Origin: Octopus bimaculoides
Taxonomy: Eukaryota
NCBI RefSeq assembly: GCF_001194135.2
Contig: NC_068988.1
Location: 45,287,550 to 45,327,647, forward strand
Length of the DNA: 40,098 nucleotides
Reading direction: 5' to 3'
Part shown: positions 33,751 to 40,098 of the stretch, piece by piece
How positions within the stretch are numbered: position 1 is the stretch's first letter
How the letters are laid out: each line of letters begins with the position of its first letter
Translations under genes and position numbers: made by a program
Notes under the pieces: model-generated
Databases searched by the model: none
Told to the model about the DNA's origin: nothing
Seen by the model: the letters and a program-made list of their open reading frames with translations, nothing else

Positions 33751-35207
33751 AAAAAAAAAAAATGTCTCCAGTGATACGAGCAATAAAATTTATCTTGAGA
33801 GGGGCTGATTATCTCCCCATTCTCGCCAAAAATGACCTGTTACATAATGATAGATTGAGGAAGCTGATAAATTCTTTTCACACTGTGGTTGTAAAATGTT
33901 TTTCAGTTACATATGTTCTTCAGTTGTTATGTCAGCTGAGTATATGAAAATACTGATCCGACAGAGTGAGGGTGGAGCTGGTGGTGTCAGTTTGTTTACA
34001 TTCTTATCGGTCTCAACGTCAGTTTTTGACTAGCATCAGGGGAACCACAATATTGATTGTTATCTACGACAACCATTTTCCGAGCAAAGAAAGGTGTGTG
34101 TATGTTTTGCTATGAAATATATTTAAGTTCTACTTAATGGTGTCGAAACTGATCGAGAACAAAGCGACAAAACTTTTTGAGTTAAAAGAGTTCCAGGGGT
34201 TTGTAAAGATGTGGTTGAGTTGACCTGTGCATATCCGTAGATGTATGTGCCAGCATTAATGCTCTGTGTAAACATTTTCCTTTAGTGCTTAGGTGTTTGT
34301 GCATATGTGTGCGTGTTTTATTACTTTTTTACATGTATTTCCTTGAAGATTAATCAACAGCTAAATGTGTTGCATATATTCCTTTAAAGAATCTCAAATG
34401 GAGAGTCTTTGGAATGTCATACTAATTGTTACTGTGTTGCTAATAGACTGGATTTCGAGGAAGTGCGCCAGTTTCTTTAGCTCTTTCTCAGAGAGTTCTA
34501 GTGTTACTTTTTTTTTTTTTTTTGCAAATTTATAGTTACATAAGCTAATGCATCTATGATGATAGGTACAGATGAAAATTTATAGCCTGGGAACAAGAGC
34601 TGTAATTTCCGCATTAGTTCAACATTTACGATCTCTTTTACGTGAATTTATGATGGTAAAGGTAGTGGGTAGCTGAACCATACAAGCGTGCATGATCTTG
34701 TTCTCTGTCCCACAAATCAATGTTAAGCCTGTTTTTTCTATTGGAATTTTTCACGAATATGCCTTGTTTTTTAAAAGTGGAAAGACTTTCCGGTTCTAAA
34801 ATGTCTTTGATGTATCCGCCAGGGAAATTCTTCCTCCGGATACCATTGTCAATAGTTATTGCTGATACATAATATCTCAAGGATAGGAAGCATTTTCGTA
34901 GACATTTTAGAACTGCCACTGATGATGTGGGCGATACTCTCTGTACTTGTATAGCATACCCAACATTTTCTGTCACAATGGTGGCATCTTTGTTCTTCTG
35001 TTTATCTGGTAGCTATTCTTTATAGCGGAATATGTACCAATGCATTGCTTTTTGCTGGTATGACGAGTGCTTCTTCTCCAGACTTTTATTTAGACGAGTT
35101 GATTCAGTTTCCTTTGGAACAAGTGAGACAGCTATACACACAGAGTACTTGCCCTGGAATTCTTCCTCTACTCTAAAGTGTTTGTTGCTCTCGCTTTTAA
35201 GTAGGCA

Positions 35208-36055
35208 TGTAATATACTCATGTAGTGACCCCTGGTGATCAAGCAGGAAAGCAAAACGAAAAAGGGATCTAACGAGATTAATCTCCCTCGAGCTTCTCGA
35301 AAATTCGCGAACATTCTAGAAGCTTCTAATTAATTTCCGGAAGACGTGAAAGTCAGGGACTTCTAATTCATCCCTTATATAAAGGAACACATTCTAATTT
35401 CGCGCCATTCTTGCCTGTCGGTTGCTAGACATGCATTGAGTCACGCCACTCGCATACACACCCGCACGTGCGGATGTTCACCTTATTTGCTTTGAAACAT
35501 GTGATTGCAAAATATGTTCATGTGATGTTACAAGCTTTTCCTTCAATTAACCTCATATGTTAACGCAATACATCCAGTAATAAATATGTTATGACTTATT
35601 ACATATGGTTGGCACTCCGTAGGTTACGACGACGAGGGTTCCAGTTGATTCGATCAACGGAACAGCCTGCTCGTGAAATTAACGTGCAAGTGGCTGAGCA
35701 CTCCACAGACACGTGTACCCTTGACGTAGTTTTCGGGGGAGATTCAGCGTGACACAGAGTGTGACAAGGCTGGCCCTTTGAAATACAGGTACAACAGAAA
35801 CAGGAAGTAAGAGTGAAAGAAAGTTGTGGTGGAAGAGTACAGCAGGGTTCGCCACCATCCCCTGCCAGAGCCTCGTGGAGCTTTCGGTATTTTCGCTCAA
35901 TAAACACTCACAACGCCCGGTCTGGGAATCGAAACCGCGATCCTACGACCGCGAGTCCGCTGCCCTAACCACTGGGCCATTGCGCCTCCACGACTTATTA
36001 CAAACGTCTCGCAAATTCTCATTTTCTTGCTGTTTACGAACAAGATGGTGACCCC
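35208..36055 (+). mobile_element. LTR-like relic with candidate tRNA-Trp primer-binding site, interrupted by a SINE
   Basis: TGTAATA start, TATATAAA at 35376, AATAAA at 35579. Possible ends TATTACA (35603/36002) or GAACA (36042), followed by TGGTGACCCC (36046-36055), complementary to the tRNA-Trp 3' end GGGGUCACCA. Confidence 0.5.
35604..35991 (-). mobile_element. Full-length tRNA-derived SINE (388 bp) with 11-bp TSD GACTTATTACA
   Basis: TSD copies at 35593-35603 and 35992-36002; A box TGGCCCAGTGG and B-box-like GGTTTCGATTCC on the minus strand. Confidence 0.92.
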
Positions 36056-36149
36056 TCTTTCTCGCATGAAATTATAAAAATTATAAGATATCACTTACTG
36101 ACATCACCATACACGTTTCTTTGCTATTTCGCTGGTATTGTTTGAATGA

Positions 36150-36680
36150 TACAATGCACCATTGAATGCATAAGGTCAGTTGGGATTGCCCTTATGCTTC
36201 TTCCACAATATCATCTTTTTTCATAAACTCTTTTAGTGTTGCTGATGATATGAAAGTTAAGTATCTGTTTAGTATTTGTCCAGGCTGAGGATCTCACCAA
36301 ACGTCCAGTCTGATATCCTGAATGTACTAACACTGGTGCCATAAAATATGGCCTTATTAAATGTAAAAAGATATGAGTTCCATATTTTTGGAAGTTTGCT
36401 GAAATATTCTTTTGTTAGTCTGGCTTTACTCACGGCATCAACGTAAACATTTTCATCACTTCCGTGATACAGTATTCATCGTTGGATACCTTCAGTATTC
36501 ATCGTCCTCTGTCTGGTCGACAATCTTTCCTCGATTGTCCATCATGTATGAGCATTCATCTTGTCCAATTTACATTCTTATGTCCTCTGAAAATCTTATA
36601 AGTTCTTATTGTTTTTTTATGTTCTTCATGCAACCAAACTACAACTTGAGGTCACAACACAGATTGTGAGGGTGATGCGT
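36150..36680 (+). mobile_element. Decayed CR1/L2-group LINE RT fragment
   Basis: VADDMK (about 36238-36255) followed, across frameshifts, by QSDILNV..WC..NM.LLN.K. Confidence 0.55.
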
Positions 36681-36849
36681 ATGCTTGTATATATGTATAA
36701 TGCATATGTGTGTGTATGTATGTGTGCATGCGTGTGTGTGTATATGTATATATTATGCGTGTATGTGCGTGTGTGCATGAGTGCATGTGTATGTGTTTGT
36801 GCACTCTATTTGTTTTGACACGTGCGCGCTAATTTTAAACAGGTCGCCA

Positions 36850-37050
36850 TCATTTAAACGGTGTCATTTGCTAACAATTTTTTGCGAAGTTATATCTAGT
36901 CACTGAAAGGAAGGGTAATGATCTTACTTGGAAACAGGTGAGAGTTGGCCACAGGAAAGGTATCCGGTCGTAGTAAAAACGAATTTTGTCTCACCTATGC
37001 AAGTTCGGAAAAGTGGGCGTTAAAACGATGATGATAAAGATGATAATGGT
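36850..37050 (+). mobile_element. SINE 3' fragment with V-domain-like motif and (GAT)n tail
   Basis: CAGGAAAGGTATCCGGTCGTAG resembles the V-SINE motif AGGAAGGGCATCCGG; ends GTTAAAACGATGATGAT. Confidence 0.5.
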
Positions 37051-37844
37051 GACACACACGGGCATGCGGACATATATGCATCCATATATAGAACAACTGT
37101 GGATGTTACTTTATGATAAAAATCAAACACTCATACACAAACATACATCCAATCATACGAATATTAAGTTTGTATGATTAGATGTAAATGTGTTTCTTTT
37201 ACACTCCCGTTAAACCATTATATCACACAGGCATAAAAGCACGCATATACAGACACAAGCATACACACACACACACACAAATTCTAGTGAAGCAAAATTT
37301 GGAAACAAACAAATTTCTAGAAATTCTAAATTATTTCTTAACATAATTTGGTACAATATGTGAGAATATTTCACCATTATATTTAGATGTGTATTTTTTC
37401 GTAGCTTAATTTACATTGCGAAAATATATAAGAAAATTAAAAATAATAAAACAATTTGTTGGTAAAATGTTGCGAAGCAAATATTGTGTATACTTTGCAT
37501 AATTACTTGTTCATATAAAGACATCTAATTGTTCGTGTAAACACAACTGATTTAAAATATTTAATTAGGAATGCTTAAAAACATTCTCTTCATGAATGAC
37601 TAAGTCAGTATGAGCACACACCACATCTACATAGATTACGTTACGTTACGAATTGTTTTGTCAACCAATGTCATAACCTCTACACAAGTCACTCAACTTG
37701 CTAGAAATAGTAGACAAATCTTTAAATAATATTTTTTAAGGAACTCAGCCTTAAACATACAGGCTGCTAGAAGTTACTCAAATTTTCAAGTGTCTAAAAT
37801 TCCCAACTAAACAGGACGTCAATCTGTTTGATTAACTTCCGGCT

Positions 37845-37950
37845 TGTACTGATACTCCTTTTCAGCTGGGTGTACAACAGCAACATGAAATGAAGTGGCT
37901 TGCTCAAGGACACAATGCGCCATCTGGTCTGAGAATCGATACTGAGCCAA
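37845..37950 (-). mobile_element. SINE fragment
   Basis: Minus strand: B-box-like TCGATTC followed by TGTGTCCTTGAGCAAGCCACTTC, a typical post-tRNA SINE core start. Confidence 0.55.
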
Positions 37951-37989
37951 TAGGCCTCGTACCTTTACGAATCATAACTTACCGTTTTA

Positions 37990-38207
37990 ATGTTCTTTTC
38001 TGTTCTAGGAACAAGGCCAGAAATTTTGAGGGAGGGGCCAGTCGATTAGATCGACCCCAGTATGCAACTGGTACTTATTTTATCAACCTCGAATGGATGA
38101 AAGGCAAAGTCGACTTCGGCGGAATTTGAACTCAGAACGTAAAGACAGACGAAATACTGCTAAGCATTTCGCCTGGCGTGCTAACGTTTCCACTAGCTCG
38201 CCGCCTT
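37990..38207 (-). mobile_element. Full-length SINE family B
   Basis: Reverse complement reads AAGGCGGCGAGCTAGTGG...GAGTTCAAATTCCGCCGAAGTCGACTTTGCC...GGCCTTG; matches 21977-22154. Confidence 0.88.
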
Positions 38208-38237
38208 CTTGGCGTTTTAATATTATTCACTGAATAA

Positions 38238-38297
38238 AGGCGGCGAGCTGGCAGAATTGTTACCACACCTGGCAAAATGCTTAGCGGCATGTCATCC
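38238..38297 (+). mobile_element. SINE family B 5' head (runs into a gap)
   Basis: AGGCGGCGAGCTGGCAGAATTG...AAATGCTTAGCGG. Confidence 0.8.
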
Positions 38298-39149
38298 NNN
38301 NNNNNNNNNNNNNNNNNNNNNNNNNNNNNNNNNNNNNNNNNNNNNNNNNNNNNNNNNNNNNNNNNNNNNNNNNNNNNNNNNNNNNNNNNNNNNNNNNNNN
38401 NNNNNNNNNNNNNNNNNNNNNNNNNNNNNNNNNNNNNNNNNNNNNNNNNNNNNNNNNNNNNNNNNNNNNNNNNNNNNNNNNNNNNNNNNNNNNNNNNNNN
38501 NNNNNNNNNNNNNNNNNNNNNNNNNNNNNNNNNNNNNNNNNNNNNNNNNNNNNNNNNNNNNNNNNNNNNNNNNNNNNNNNNNNNNNNNNNNNNNNNNNNN
38601 NNNNNNNNNNNNNNNNNNNNNNNNNNNNNNNNNNNNNNNNNNNNNNNNNNNNNNNNNNNNNNNNNNNNNNNNNNNNNNNNNNNNNNNNNNNNNNNNNNNN
38701 NNNNNNNNNNNNNNNNNNNNNNNNNNNNNNNNNNNNNNNNNNNNNNNNNNNNNNNNNNNNNNNNNNNNNNNNNNNNNNNNNNNNNNNNNNNNNNNNNNNN
38801 NNNNNNNNNNNNNNNNNNNNNNNNNNNNNNNNNNNNNNNNNNNNNNNNNNNNNNNNNNNNNNNNNNNNNNNNNNNNNNNNNNNNNNNTATATATCCTTCA
38901 TGAACAGAGAGACACGAGCGACATGACAAAAATATTACCAAGTAAAACATCAAAACGCATAAAAGAGATTTTATTTATTGTGTAGGCAGAGGGACGAGCA
39001 GCCCATAAGTCTTCATATTTCTCTAGAGCATCATCAGATTGGTGGGAAGAAGAGAAGTTATCATCAAAGCAGAGACCTATAACTCAGATACTTGCTCAAT
39101 GCATTCAAGGATTGTGTGGGAGTCTTAAATCGGGCTAAAGATTAATTGA

Positions 39150-39677
39150 ACCTCATAAGGACACAGGTAGATATAAATATAAATTCGCAGACATGTCCAC
39201 ACGTACGTACACACAAATACATGTGAAAGCACATCTGTATGCGCCTACATACACACACACATACACATATATATGTGCGTATATATAAAGACATACATAT
39301 ATACATTCATACGCACGCACACATATGTATGTATGCATCTATCTATTTTTACATGCACATGAGCTTAATCACAAATACGTAAATATATAACCAAATATGT
39401 TTTCATATGCATACTTGTGCATATACGTGCATATAAACACACCTGTATAACATACATATAACCATACACATTGCTATAAATGGACATACAAGTATGCATG
39501 TACATACGCATTCGAGATTAATTGCAAAGCCAGTCAAAATTTAAACAAACGAAGGCTACGTAGATCATATAATGCGCATTCACATACATAAGCAGATATT
39601 TATCTAAGCACAGACGTAAATATATACGCACACGTCTATACAAATAAATGTGCGTATGCCTATACAGACACGCGTGC

Positions 39678-39723
<46 letters not shown>
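39150..39723. repeat. Degenerate CA/TA/CG dinucleotide low-complexity tract ending in (TA)n
   Basis: Directly visible. Confidence 0.8.
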
Positions 39724-39751
39724 NNNNNNNNNNNNNNNNNNNNNNNNNNNN

Positions 39752-40098
39752 ATAACAACAGACGAGGACAGGTGGTGTAAATAACAAAAGTATATATTAG
39801 TATGACGCTCGGGAATACGGAAAGTCTTTGACGTTTCGAGCTACGCTCTTCAACAGAAAGAATACGGAGACAAGGAGAAAAACACGGAGAAAAACATTGA
39901 ATAGTGTTCAGTCAACGGTCAAATCATGATAATGGCTAATAATGGCTGACCGGAAGTTAGAAATTCTTTTTTCAGGAGAGCTAAGAAAAGGGGAGATAAC
40001 AAATGGTGATCGAAGAACGAGGGGCTGTGTGTGGGAGATAGAATGCTGGTGATCTTGACGTATGTAGTGTGAAAATGGGGAGGGGAGAAAGGAGTTGG
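39752..40098 (-). mobile_element. Dispersed repeat, Penelope pseudo-LTR-like
   Basis: Minus-strand TTGAAGAGCGTAGCTCGAAACGTC motif; TGACCGGAAG is the reverse complement of CTTCCGGTCA at 25321; purine-rich tract mirrors the pyrimidine tract at 25080-25310. Confidence 0.4.

Noticed and set aside
34638-34976. 112-aa minus ORF as integrase, gag or the N-terminus of the REL element
   Set aside because: No diagnostic motif could be matched; left unassigned.
38986-39138. 50-codon open frame after a TGTAG acceptor (possible terminal exon)
   Set aside because: Peptide not recognised and no upstream exons identified.

Overview
Eukaryotic, AT-rich scaffold segment with nine N-gaps, each next to a simple repeat. 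It reads as intronic or intergenic DNA made almost entirely of decayed transposable elements and microsatellites. The SINE families resemble those I recognise from octopus (cephalopod) genomes; that taxon call is inference. Supported content: relics of Jockey/CR1-group LINE RTs (3), a Ty3/Gypsy pol, a Helitron RepHel fragment, two R4/Dong-type (REL-endonuclease) non-LTR retrotransposons, a Tc1 transposase relic with DD36E spacing, a TA-flanked Tc1/mariner deletion derivative, a long-TIR foldback element, several tRNA-derived SINEs, LTR-like relics and a dispersed family resembling Penelope pseudo-LTRs. I could not support any host protein-coding gene, true tRNA/rRNA gene or CRISPR array, and I found no convincing novel multi-gene system. 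The most interesting signals are TE-level: a SINE with a 140-bp target-site duplication and a deleted core, an R4/Dong element apparently inserted into a SINE's (ATT)n tail, the DD36E Tc1, Penelope-like inverted and tandem repeats with hammerhead-like motifs, and a 74-nt near-perfect hairpin. All alignments and translations were done by eye; boundaries are approximate unless TSDs or TIRs are quoted.
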